Source: Ranitomeya imitator
Lineage: Eukaryota
DNA: 64,000 nt
Direction: 5' to 3'
Assembly (NCBI RefSeq): GCF_032444005.1
Contig: NC_091282.1
Span: 719,200,001-719,264,000, forward strand
Position 1 is the first letter of the stretch. Each line of letters opens with the position of its first letter. The notes beneath the pieces are model-generated. The model was not told the DNA's origin, did no database searches, and saw only the letters and a program-made list of their open reading frames with translations. This document shows positions 35,499 through 47,430 of this stretch, piece after piece. Position numbers and translations under genes: made by a program.

Positions 35499-36208
35499 CT
35501 ATCACATTGCATAGGCTCAGGTCTATGCTCAGATAATACCGCCAAATGGTGCACAGCTTTACACTCACGCAAGCGTTGATCGATCTGAATGGCCAAAGAC
35601 ATAGACTCATTCAGACCAGCAGGCATGGGATATCCCACCATGACATCCTTAAGGGCTTCAGAAAGACCCTTTCTGAAAATTGCTGCCAGGGCACATTCAT
35701 TCCACTGAGTGAGTACAGACCACTTCCTAAACTTCTGACAATATATCTCTACCTCATCCTGACCCTGACACAGAGCCAGCAAGATTTTCTCTGCCTGATC
35801 CACTGAATTAGGTTCATCATAAAGCAATCCGAGCGCCAGAAAAAACGCATCAACATCACGCAATGCCGGATCTCCTGGCGCAAGGGAAAATGCCCAGTCT
35901 TCAGGGTCGCCACGTAACAAAGAAATAATGATTTTCACTTGTTGAACAGGGTCACCTGAGGAGCGAGGTTTCAAAGCAAGAAACAATTTACAATTATTTT
36001 TGAAATTCAGAAACTTAGATCTATTCCCAAAAAACAAATCAGGAATTGGAATCCTAGGCTCTAACATTGGATTCTGAACCACAAAATCTTGAATGTTTTG
36101 TACCCTTGCAGTGAGATTATTCATACAAGAGGACAGACCTTGAATGTCCATATATACACCTGTATCCTGAACCACCCAGAGGTAAAGGGGAAAAGAGAGA
36201 CAAAACAC
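35499..36208 (-). pseudogene. Gag capsid region, cut off from the zinc knuckle by the solo LTR
   Basis: EPRIPIPDLFFGNRSKFLNF, LLRGDP.DWA, YCQKFRKW, EPMQCDRT. Confidence 0.88.
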
Positions 36209-36276
36209 ACTTCAAAGAAAAAAAAATGGTCTCAGAACTTCCCTTATCCCTCTATTGAGATGCATTAGTACTTTTG

Positions 36277-36285
36277 GCCACCTGT
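36277..36285 (-). promoter_or_regulatory. Putative self-priming PBS (ACAGGTGGC)
   Basis: 2 nt after the 5' LTR. It is complementary to GC(C/T)ACCT(G/C)T found 30 nt after TATTTAA in both LTRs. Confidence 0.65.
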
Positions 36286-36287
36286 AC

Positions 36288-37110
36288 TGTTATGACCTGG
36301 TGGTCAGGACAATAATGGACCTGGTGGTTAAGAGCACACGGAATGACCTGATAGTTACTAATAATATAGGACGAGCTCTGAGACGTGGGAACTCTGCTGA
36401 CCGCAATCCCTAATCCTATCACACACACTAGAAATAGCCGTGGAGAGCTCCTGACGCTCCCTAGGCGCCTCATCACAGCCTAAGGAACTAGCTAGCCCTA
36501 AAGATATTAAAATAAAGCCTACCTTGCCTCAGAGAAATTCCCCAAAGGAAAAGGCAGCCCCCCACATATAATGACTGTGAGTAAAGATGAAAATTACAAA
36601 CACAGAGATGAAATAGATTTAGCAAAGTGAAGCCAGACTTACTGAACAGACAGAGGATAGGAAAGGTAGCTTTGCGGTCAGCACAAAAAACTACAAAAAG
36701 ACCACGCAGAGGGCGCAAAAAGACCCTCCGCACCGACTCACGGTGCGGAGGCGCTCCCTCTGCGTCCCAGAGCTTCCAGCAAGCAAGACAACAATCAAAA
36801 TAGCAAGCTGGACAGAAAAATAGCAAACCAAAGAAAAACAAGCAGGAACTTAGCTTCTGCTGGGAAGACAGGTCACAAGAACGATCCAGGAGTGAACTAG
36901 ACCAATACTGGAACATTGACAGGTAGCATGGAGCAATGATCTAGATGGAGTTAAATAGAGCAGACAGCTAAGGAATTAACCTCGTCACCTGTGGAAGGAA
37001 CCTCAGAAGCCGCAGCCCCACTCACAACCACCAGAGGAAGCCCATGGACAGAACCAGCCGAAGTACCATTCATGACCACAGGAGGGAGCTTGACAACAGA
37101 ATTCACAACA
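36288..37110 (-). repeat. 5' LTR of the chromovirus
   Basis: TGTT...AACA, 823 bp; TATA-like TATTTAA at 36957-36951 on the minus strand. Confidence 0.95.
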
Positions 37111-37930
37111 AAGATCCTTGTTGAGAGAGGTAAAGAAGAACCCCAAGATCACTGTGGCTGAGCTCCAGAGATGCAGTAGGGAGATGGGAGAAAGTTCCAC
37201 AAAGTCAACTATCATTGCAGCCCTCCACCAGTCATGCCTTTACGGGAGAGTGGCCCAATGGAAGCTTCTCAGTGCAAGACATAAGAAGGCCTGCATAGAG
37301 TTTGCTAAAAAACACATGAAGGACTCCAAGACTATGAGAAATAAGATTCTCTAGTCTTATGAGAGGAAGATAGACATTTTTGGTGATAATTCTAAGCGGT
37401 ATGTGTGGAGAAAACAAGACCCTGCTCATCACCTGCCCAATACAATCCCAACAGTAAAACATGGTGGTGGCAGCATCATGCTATGGGGGTGTTTTTCAGC
37501 TGCAGGGACAGTTGTCATTGAAGAAAACATGAATAAGGCCAAGTACAGAGATGTCCTGGATGAAAACCTCTTCCAGAGTGCTCTGGACCTCAGACTTGGC
37601 TGAAGGTTCACCTTCCAACAAGACAATGACCCTAAGCACACAGCTAAAGTAACAAAGGAATGGCTTCAGAACAACTCTGTGACTGTTCTTGACTGGCCCA
37701 GCCGAAGCCCTGACCTAAACCCAATTGGGCATCTCTGGAGAGACCTGAAAATGGCTGTCCACCAATGTTCATCATCAAACCTGACATAACTGGAGAGGAT
37801 CTGCAAGGATGAATAGCAGAGGATCCTCAAATCCAGGTGTGAAAAACTTGCTGCATCATTCCCAGGAAGACTCATGGCTGTACAAGCTCAAAAGGGTACT
37901 TCTACTCAATACTGAGCAAAGGGTCTGAAT

Positions 37931-38259
37931 ACTTGGGTTTTCCTTTGCATCCCGAACAATTTTCCTGGCAGTTGTGGACAAAAATTTTTGGGTCTACCTG
38001 CCATTCAAACCCATTTGTATCAACTTCTGTGCATGTTATCAGGTCAAAATCACTAGGGTATGTGAACTTTTGATCAGGATCATTTGGATGTTTTGGGTTG
38101 TCTTTATGATTTAAAAGAGAAAACACGGTAGTTTGACAATAAATGGCTTCACCTAACCATTAACCATGAGTGGAGATAAAGTTTTGGTGTTATCATTCAT
38201 ATTCTCTGGAAAAAGGCAAAGAAAGCAAAAATTCTGTCGGGGTATGTAAAGCACAACTG
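37931..38259 (+). mobile_element. Right end of a different, IR/DR-type Tc1 family
   Basis: Inner repeat gggtatgtgaacttttga (~38055); terminus ggggtatgtaaagcacaactg|TA. Confidence 0.65.
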
Positions 38260-39399
38260 TAACTATGACAACACTGTTTTCTTTATTAGCTGCTATGTAA
38301 CAGAGTATAGTGTGGTAAGAGATCATCTTTAAACTCCCTGTGAATGGAAAAGAGTTTTCAGTAATGTGTATCTTTATCTCTGACCATAACATGTCTCTAA
38401 TATCCCTATATATATGTATGTTTTCTTGTTCTATTTGTAATATGAACAAAATAATCACCACTTTATCCATACATTTTGCTCATCTCCCTTTCCAGTGGTG
38501 CCGTAGATAGACACTTTCTATTAAACATTCCCCTCGTCCCTACCGTGTGGAAAGTATTCAGACTTGGTGCCTAAGGCAGCACTAGCTGTAGACACAGTCC
38601 TGATGGTTGCCCAAACATGTATTGTATTTCCATCATTTACTAAAACTCGAATACATTTTTCTTTTGTAAATAGCAATTACCGTATATTTCCCATAAAATA
38701 TATTATATCCCATAAAGAGATACACTTTGCAACCATTTACTTCCATAACTTAAAAATTAGAGAATTTTGAAAAGCTTATGTATGTCCACAATAAGGTGAC
38801 CCTTTCAGGACATTCTTTGCTTTTTGCAAATGTTTACATTCCTAACATTTGTACCATGGACTGAATGCTTGCATACAGACATATAAGGCAATAACTTTGA
38901 AAGGCTCTTGGGTGTGCCTAGTGGTAAATTATCTGCATTCATGTCATTCCCAGTGAAATTCTCCCCCTTCCTAATTTTCCATAAATGACACCAACGTGGT
39001 CCAAACTGACAAACTAACAAAATTGTATTTGTGTTTCTTATATTGCTGTCCTTCTATTTAGTATATAGTTGCATGCATTAGACTAAATGTTGCCCCAGCT
39101 GAATGGACATACTGTATGTGCTATCAAGATATGCCCTTTGAAGGAGGGCGCCCAATCCTACTTTGAGCCATTCTCTTTGCTATTAGGTGGTAAATACATT
39201 CCTGGGAATCTCTTCTGAAGATGTACTGGTTTGTTACTTGTTTGTGTAAATTGGCCCAAGAGTAATAGAACAGGTCCTTCTGCCAAACACCATAATGGAA
39301 GCTCAGTCAGATTATTGATTTGGGATGTTGATCCAGGGATGTGATTTTCAAGTCATCCTATCAATAACTTCATGAACATTCAATTTTTCTGAGTTCCAG

Positions 39400-40260
39400 A
39401 AAGTCAGACTCTTCTACACCTACTCCCTGTGAGTAGTGGTTGTATACTGTCCTTGGGCCAACCCCACCAGTTTCTGGACAACTTTACAACTGGGCTTCCC
39501 CACTTTCTTTCCAGTGACATACCCATTTTCATCTTGGATGAACTTCTAATCCTGATTGATAATCCGATGTTATCATCTAACTCTCATTTCTGATCTCTAA
39601 TCTCTTGTCTAGGTCTTTCGGCACACAAATTCTCCTAGACATGAAGACAAATAAATACTCAACCTAGTCTTCCTTTCGCTCTGTTCAGTTTCTAACTACT
39701 TATTTTCCCTACCCTCTAAGCAAAACCTTCTTTCCTTCCTTTTAAAATTGATCTCCCCTCTCAAGAAACACCTCCATATCACCCCAAATAAAATATTTCT
39801 CTTCTTTTTTTCTAACATGTTTACTTCCACTTACAAACATGTGATCATACTCCAATAACTTAAAAAAAAATCTCCTGCTCCATCCATTTCTAAACTCTAC
39901 TTCATCTTCTGATATACACATCTTCTCCTGACATCAGTCCCACATTATTACAAAACACCAGTGTCTGTCAACTATCTAACCTAGATAAAATAAATCAATT
40001 TTTATTTGTGGTACTAACTTAACTCCCATGCAGCAAGTACACTATGATGGGGCTATATTTGTTTTAGCTCTTTCCTTTACATCCTACATCCAATTATTTG
40101 CTCATGTCACCTCATCTGAGCCTCAAAACATTTTCCAGAATTTGTGCCTTTCTTTTCATGAAAACGGAAAAATTTCTGACTCTTTGAATCATTCTTGTCT
40201 TGATTACTGTAACTAACTACTAATAGTATTTATTTGCCTCACTAAACTCTCCACTCTAAC
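39400..40260 (+). mobile_element. Highly degraded L2-like LINE fragments
   Basis: tcttgtcttgattactgtaac resembles the L2 RT motif SRLDYCN; C-rich L2-like composition. Confidence 0.4.
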
Positions 40261-40301
40261 TGAAATGCAGCTACCATGGATTTGTTTCTGTTCAGCTACT
40301 A

Positions 40302-41869
40302 CAGTCATGGCCAAAATTTTTGAGAATGACACCAAAATTATATTTTCACATGACCTGCTGCCCTCTGGTTTTTATTAGTGTTTGTCTGATGTTTATACCA
40401 CATACAGAAATATTATTGCAATCATATTATGAGTACCAATAGGTTATATTGACAGTTAGAATGAGTTAATGCAGCAAGTCAATATTTGCAGTGTTGACCC
40501 TTCTTCTTCAAGACCTCTGCAATTCTCCCTGGCATGCTCTCAATCAACTTCTGGACCAAATCCTGACTAACAGCAGTCCATTCTTGCATAATCAATGCTT
40601 GTATGTTGCCAGAATTTGTTGGTTTTTGTTTGTCCACCCGTCTCTTCATGATTGACCACAAGTTCTCAATGGGATTAAGATCTGGGGAGTTTCCAGGCCA
40701 TGGACCCAAAATCTCTATGTTTTGTTCCATGATTCATTTAGTTATCACCTTTGCTTTATAGCAAGGTGCTCCATCATGCTGGAAAAGGCATTCTTGGGTG
40801 CCAAACTGCTCTTGGGCGGTTGGAAGAAGTTGCTCTTGGAGGACATTCTGGTACCATTCTTTATTCATGGCTGTGTTTTTAGGCAAGACTGTGAGTGAGC
40901 CGATTCCCTTGGCTGAGAAGCAACCCCACACAAGAATGGTTTCAGGATGCTTTACAGTTTGCATGAGACAAGACTGGTGGCAGCGCTCACCTCTTCTTCT
41001 CCGAATAAGCTGTTTTCCAGATGTCCCAAACAATCGAAAAGGGGATTCATCAGAGAAAATGACTTTGCCCCAGTCCTCAGCAGTCCACTCCCTGTACCTT
41101 TTGCAGAATATCAGTCAGTCCCTGATGTTTTTTCTGGAGAGAAGTGGCTTCTTTGCTGCCCTCCTTGAAACCAGGCCTTGCTCAAAGAGTCTCCGCCTCA
41201 CAGTGCGTGCAGAAGCACTCACACCAGCCTGCTGCCATTCCTGAGCAAGCTCGGCACTGCTGGTAGTCCGATCCCGCAGCTGAAACAGTTTTAAGATATG
41301 GTCCTGGCGCTTGCTGGTCTTTCTTGGGCGCCCTGAAGCCTTTTTGACAATAATGGAAGCTCTCTCCTTGAAGTTCTTGATGATGCGATAGATTGTTGAC
41401 TGAGGTGCAATCTTTGTAGCTGCGATACTCTTCCCTGTTACGCCATTTTTGTGCAGTGCAATGATGGCTGCACGTGTTACTTTAGAGATAACCATGGTTA
41501 ACTGAAGAGAAACAATGATACCAAGCACCAGCCTCCTTTTAAAGTGTCCAGTGATGTCATTCTTACTTAATCATGACTGATTGATCGCCAGCCCTGTCCT
41601 CATCAACACCCACACCTGTGTTAATGGATCAATCACTAAAACGATGTTAGCTGCTCCTTTTAAGGCAGGACTGCAATGATGTTGAAATGTGTTTTGGAGG
41701 TTAAAATTCATTTTCTGGGCAAATATTGACTTTGCAAGTACAGTAATTGCTGTTAAGCTGATCACTCTGACATTCAGGAGTATATGCAAATTGCCATTAG
41801 AAAAAATGAAGCAGTAGACTTTGGAAAAATTAATATTTGTCTCATTCTCAAAATTTTTGTCCATGACTG
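40302..41869 (-). mobile_element. Full-length Tc1/mariner element with DD35E spacing (Traveler-like); transposase disrupted
   Basis: TA|CAGTCATGGCCAAAA...CCATGACTG|TA. ORFs 41115-41528, 40734-41033 and 40479-40730. HDGAP...GPWPGNSPDLNPIE has 35 residues between D and E. Confidence 0.92.
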
Positions 41870-41889
41870 TACACCAAATGCCTCCATGC

Positions 41890-42185
41890 TAGTGATGAGC
41901 GAATATACTCCTGAGCTCGGGTGTCCTCCGAGTATTTTTTAGTGCTCGGAGATGTAGTTTTCCTCACCTCAGTGGAATGATTTACATCTGTTAGCCAGCT
42001 TGATTACATGTGTGGATTCCCTAGCAACCAGGCAACCCCCATATGTACTTATGCTGGCTATCAGATGTAAATCATTCAGGTGCGGCGATGAAAACTAAAT
42101 CTCCGAGCACTAAAAAATACTCGGAGGTCACCCGAGCATGCTCGGGAAATCTCGAATAACGAGTATATTCGCTCAGTCATCACTA
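41890..42185. mobile_element. hAT-type MITE
   Basis: TAGTGATGAGCGAATATACTC TIRs; 8-bp TSD CTCCATGC. Confidence 0.92.
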
Positions 42186-43454
42186 CTCCATGCTGTTCCA
42201 GTTATTGCAACAGTTTCCCATACACCTCAAAATACAACAAAAAATTATTATTCTCACCCACAAAGCTCCATCATACACCTTTTCTCTTTCCTTTCGATAC
42301 ACACCTCAAAGGCATTATTGAAATCTGTAAACAATATGATATGTATCCATTATTTGTACAATGAAAAATATATTTTACCTATTTTATCTACGTCTTTCTG
42401 TTCTCCGTCATTATAAGATCTTTTTTGAGCTTTTGATAACAGTGTTGCCATGACTTTTATACTGTTGATTGTGCTTTTATGGCGAGTAGTTTGGATGCGT
42501 TCGTGAAACTTTCCATATTAAGTCATTGCGCTATGAATTTTTACATTTTTCTACTTTGGATTTTTACTTGCCTTGTGTGAACTGTCTCCTTTCCAATGAC
42601 CTGTTTTGTGCCGTCACCTGCCAAGCCTTCTTCTTCACATAATTAGCTTGGCAGAATGCTGTGGTCTCATGGAAATCAGTGTGGTCAAAATGAGCTTACC
42701 CTCCTGTTTTTACCCATCTGCTCTGATTAAATCAGATGGGATGTTGCTCATCCTACGTCTCAACGAGAAGCAGCGGGGCTCACCACATGTCCCGTAACTC
42801 AACATGACACAAGGCAACTAATGGGATGTGTATAAAATGCAAGCGGCAAGCCTGCCCTGCTACTGGACAACAGGTATCTAATTAGGAATATGTGTGCCGG
42901 CTCCACAGAGCTGGCATTAATGTGTCCACTGCCCACGAACCAGCCACCTTTTCAGCTTCATCGACCGTCCAGATTTTTTGCCGGGCAGATTGGCACATAA
43001 CCCCTTAATGAGTTCTTGTTGTGAAGCTGTATGTAGATTCCATCTCCCCCCTTCACCCCTTGTCTGCTCTGCTCAGTTTCAGAGGGGAAAAATTACTCAG
43101 CCAAAAGGAGCACCCTGTGAGTCCTCCCTTACATACACAGCCCTTAACAAACATGTCATGTATTAGAAATGACAATGGCTTTTCAGCTTCCATACAATGA
43201 ACGTATATACACATTCCAGACCTGTACAAACTGCTGGCCGTACTTTATCACATCTTTTTTTTCTGATTGATTTATGGCCTTAACATTTCTGTTTGCACAA
43301 AAAGGATTTCGTTTAAGCAAAGTTTATACAAGTGGCGGGATTTGTCAGAAAAATAATTCCATTGCGAAGAAATCTTTACTGGTTCCAGTGCTGGATTGTT
43401 CTTTAAATGGCATACGAGAGCAGTTTTGATGCTGAATGCTATGAACACCCTTAA

Positions 43455-43803
43455 GGCCGGTTTCACACTTCAGTTTTTTTATTTATATGTCACCCAAAAA
43501 AAAATTTTTGGGTCATCCATTTTTCGAGTCTAGAAGAAAAATGCCTTACCTTCCCTTACCCATTATACAAAATACGGACACATGGATGGCAACTTGTATT
43601 TTTTTCAGATCCATTGACTCGCATTGGTGAGTTTGATCCCTAATATTGATACAAATAAGATATGTCTGCGTTGGTTGACATTTTTTCGGAACATCTGGCA
43701 AGCAACAAAAAGAACTTGGGAAAAGGCACATGGGTGCAAGATCTATCTGTGAAAAATAATGGCTAGCACATGTACCAAAAAAAACTGATGTGTGAAAAAA
43801 TCC
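43455..43803. mobile_element. Harbinger-like MITE
   Basis: ggccggtttcacacttcagtttttt / aaaaaactgatgtgtgaaaaaatcc. Confidence 0.7.
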
Positions 43804-43806
43804 TTA

Positions 43807-44212
43807 GGGTACGTTCACGCGCAGTGTTTTTTTCTGCAGCCAAATCCTGCTCTCGTGACATGAAAAAAAAATGTTGCTACTTTTTTTATTAGATTGTTGC
43901 AGCATTTTTTGTTTCGAATTACGTGTGATTAGTCTACAGTACATGTTTCGTAAAATTCGCTTTATTCACCAGAAATGCTGCAAAAACTGTTTCCTACATC
44001 TTGTTCCAGCATTTTTGCCATTTCTAATTGCTTTCTATGGGGGAAAGAACAATGCAAAAGTGCAGTTCTCAAATTCAGTCAGGAAAAAAAAAACAAAAAA
44101 ACAAGAGCGTGCATGAGATTTCTGAAATCTCGCTGCTTTTGCTGTTACTGTAGAACACAGCTTATTTTCTGCTGGAGATAATGCAGCACAAATGCTGCGT
44201 GTGAACATAGCC
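43807..44212. mobile_element. Harbinger-like MITE
   Basis: gggtacgttcacgcgcag / ctgcgtgtgaacatagcc; TTA on both sides. Confidence 0.8.
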
Positions 44213-44981
44213 TTACACTGTAATTATTATTTACACTCTGGTCGCAGAATTGGAGACATTTCTAATCGAAGCTTGTGTTTTTTAGTACAAGATCAAAAAG
44301 GGTTAATATACTTGGATGTACTTGATGCAATTAAAATGATCTGTCACCATTTTATGTCATAATGATAGATTGACCTCATCAACATGTCCCTTCCAAACAC
44401 AGCCATAATTATCATATATGATAATTTTTTTACTTGTAAGGTCCCATCATAATGATGGTCTAATTGGGCTTCTTTGTGTTTGCAGATTTCCTGGCAGCAG
44501 GTTTATGATCCATTTTGGTAAATACAGTACTTTAAATTCCTATAATACTGATTGGCCTCAGAGTTAAGGATTAATGCGCTAAAGAATTGACTGTAGAATT
44601 TTGAAATTCTGCAATTGTAATGGTTTAGTCTTAAGGGAAAAAAATATATTACCTGTAAAAATGGAGCACGCAGTCCATGAGTTTGGTACAAAATCAAAAA
44701 TTCTATTTAAATTTGTTCTTTGACCTGTTTTTCCCACTTTTTCTTTAGCACAAAAGACTTGCAAAATGGCATGAAATTTGTGTAAAAAATAGCTGGTTAA
44801 TGTATTATTACTCTGGAGGAGGGGTTGGGATGGAGTGGAGTACATTCTCGCCAACTTTTGCAACTTTAAAAAAATTCAAAATGGATGAATCATTCGAAAA
44901 TATCTCCCAACCACAAACCATGTCCACAATGGTGAACTTGAAAAAAAAAGGCAAACACATAGGGTATAATGTAGGTTTTAA

Positions 44982-46247
44982 CCTCTTCATGACCCGGGTT
45001 TTTTTCATTTTCGTTTTTCGCTCCCTTCCTTCCCGGAGCCATAACGTTTTTTTTCTGTCAATATGGCCATGTGAGGGCTTATTTTTTGCAGGACAAGCTT
45101 TAATTTTGAAAGACATCATTGGTTTTAGCATGTCATGTACTAGAATACAGGAAAAAAATTCCGAGTGCGGTGAAATTGCAAAAAAAGTGCAATCCCAAAC
45201 TTGTTTTTTGTTTGGCTTTTTTGCTAGGTTCACTAAATAAATACTAAAACTGACATGCCATTTTGATTCTCCAGGTCATTACAAGTTCATAGGCATCAAG
45301 CATGTCTAGGTTCTTTATTATCTAAGTGGTGAAAAAAAATTCCAAACTTTGCTAAATAAAAAAAAAAAATTGTGCCATATTCTGATACCTGTAGCGTCTC
45401 AATTTTTCATGATCTGGGGTCGGGTGAGGGCTTATTTTTTGTGCGGTAAGCTGATGTTTTTAATTATACCATTTTGGTGCAGATACGTTCTTTTTATTGC
45501 CCGTTATTGCATTTTAATGCAATGTCACGGCGACCAAAAAAACATAATTGAGGCGTTTTTTTTTTTGCTACGGCGTTTAGCGATCAGGTTATTCCTTTTT
45601 TTAATTGATAGATCGGGCAATTCTGAACGCGGCGATAGCAAATATGTGTATATTTGATTTTTTTTATTGTTTTATTTTGAATGGGGTGAAAGGGGGTGAG
45701 TTAAACTTTTATATTTTTTTATTTTTTTTTTTCATATTTTTGAAAACTTTTTTTTTGCTTTTGCCATGCTTCAATAGCCTCCATGGGAGGCTAGAAGGAT
45801 GGCACAACTCGATCAGCTCTGCTACATAGGAATGATGCTCAGATCGCTCCTATGTAGCTGAATTCCTGTATTGCTATGAGCGCCGACCACAGGGTGGCGC
45901 TCATAGCAACTCAGCATCAACAACCATAGAGGTCTCAAGGAGACCTCCGGTTGTTATGTCGACGCATCGCTGACCCCCGATCACATGTCAGGGATCAGCG
46001 ATGCGCTCATTTGTGTCCCGATGGCCGGAAGCGGTAGTTAAATGCCACTGTCAGTGTTTGACAGCAGCATTTAACTAGTTAACAGTGGTACGTGAATCGT
46101 GATTCCACCCACCTTTATTGCGGGCACATTTCAGCTGTTCAAAACAGCTGACATGTCCCTGCTTTGATGCGGGCTCACCGTTGGAGCCCGTATCAAAGTA
46201 GGGGATCTGACCTCGGACGTACTATCCCGTCCGAGGTTAGAAAGGTA
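44982..46247 (+). mobile_element. Non-autonomous TTAA (piggyBac-like) element
   Basis: TTAA|cctcttcatgacc ... gaaaggta|TTAA, degenerate TIRs, many internal short palindromes. Confidence 0.55.
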
Positions 46248-46689
46248 TTAAAAAAGGAACAAATAAAATAGATAACTAGACGCAAATGAGAAATAGGCAC
46301 AAAATGCCAAAAACTAATAAAAAAAAGGTCCAAATGCAATAATTAATCAGGTCCATAATGTAGTAAAGGCATTTCATTGAATACAGATATATTATGGGCA
46401 GATGGACCCTAAACATGAGCACTGCGCTCATAAGTAATCCTGAATTTGTTTGGAGCCTTACATTTAATGTGTATAAATGTGGCTTAACATTCCTGCACGG
46501 TAGAAATGTGACTTGTAGTCATTCATTTCTGGATCTTCTAGTTCCATTCCATAGTACATAAATAGCCATGGGTCAATTATGGGATCATGTTTAGATCTCC
46601 TCAATCATTCCTGAGAGGCACACATCATTGCCATTTATAGTTACGTTATAGCCATTCATAATAAACCAAGCTCTTGCCACCTCCTGCCA

Positions 46690-47430
46690 CCTCCAACTCA
46701 AAACTATTTCCAGATTCCAACTTTTTGTCAACCCTGAATGACTAAAATGTTAGTGCATACACTAATCATCTTCCGCAATATCCTCATTTGTGGCCTCCCA
46801 GCTAACAGTCTCACACCTCTCCAGTCCATCCTGAACCCTGATACCCGACTAATCCTACTCTCTCCTCCCTACTCCTTCGCTTCTTCCCTCTGACAATCCC
46901 TTTGGTGGCTCCCAGTTGCCCAATGTATCCTGTTCAAACTACTAACAATGACCAACAAATTAGTCCATATTCTGTCTCTTCCATATATCTCCAAACTCAT
47001 CTATCAATATCTTCCAACACATAATCTCCGGTCCTCCAAAAGAACTCCTTCTCTCCTCCACACTCATACATTCCTCACCCAATCGCCTCCAAAATGACTC
47101 CTGAACATCCCCATTCTCTGTAGTTCTGTGTCCCAACATGTCCAATTATCTGCCAGTTTCAGAACTTTCAGCCGGAACTTGAAAACCCATCTCTTCAAGG
47201 AAGCTTACAACCTGCAATGACCCCTCTGCCACCACCGAAGCTGCCGCAACCCCCAAACCACCCAACCTACTGTAGACTGTAGGCTCATAAGGACAGGGTC
47301 CTCTCCAGTGTTTCTCAGTCTGTCATTGCTAGTTTGTTCACTGTAATTTATTTGTATTTTGTAGGTAACTCCATCTCATGTACAGCACCATGGAATCAAT
47401 GGTGCTATATAAATAAATAATAATAATAAT
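46690..47430 (+). mobile_element. L2-like LINE 3' region
   Basis: Decayed RT C-terminus; tail gtacagcaccatggaatcaatggtgctatataaataa(taa)n. Confidence 0.7.

Larger units (their letters stand above)
30513..37110 (-). mobile_element. Full-length chromovirus (Tf1/sushi-group Ty3/Gypsy) LTR retrotransposon
   Basis: Two 823-bp LTRs (about 2% divergent by eye), AAGATC flanking both ends, a PPT at 31336-31347, and gag, PR-RT-RH-IN plus chromodomain. Confidence 0.96.
29349..37930 (+). mobile_element. Tc1 element (DD34E type) interrupted by a CR1 and a chromovirus; right TIR missing
   Basis: TA|CAGTGGGTACGGAAAGTATT left TIR. Transposase remnant 37117-37915 ([42 protein letters not shown]). Confidence 0.85.

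Noticed and set aside
30713-36916. 142-aa ORF present in both LTRs
   Set aside because: It is low-complexity and hydrophobic with no recognisable domain. It occurs twice only because LTRs are duplicated, and the ORF track shows no equivalent in the related solo LTR.
30513-37110. PEG10/RTL-like domesticated gene
   Set aside because: It has paired LTRs, TSDs, a nested insertion, a frameshift and a stop codon.
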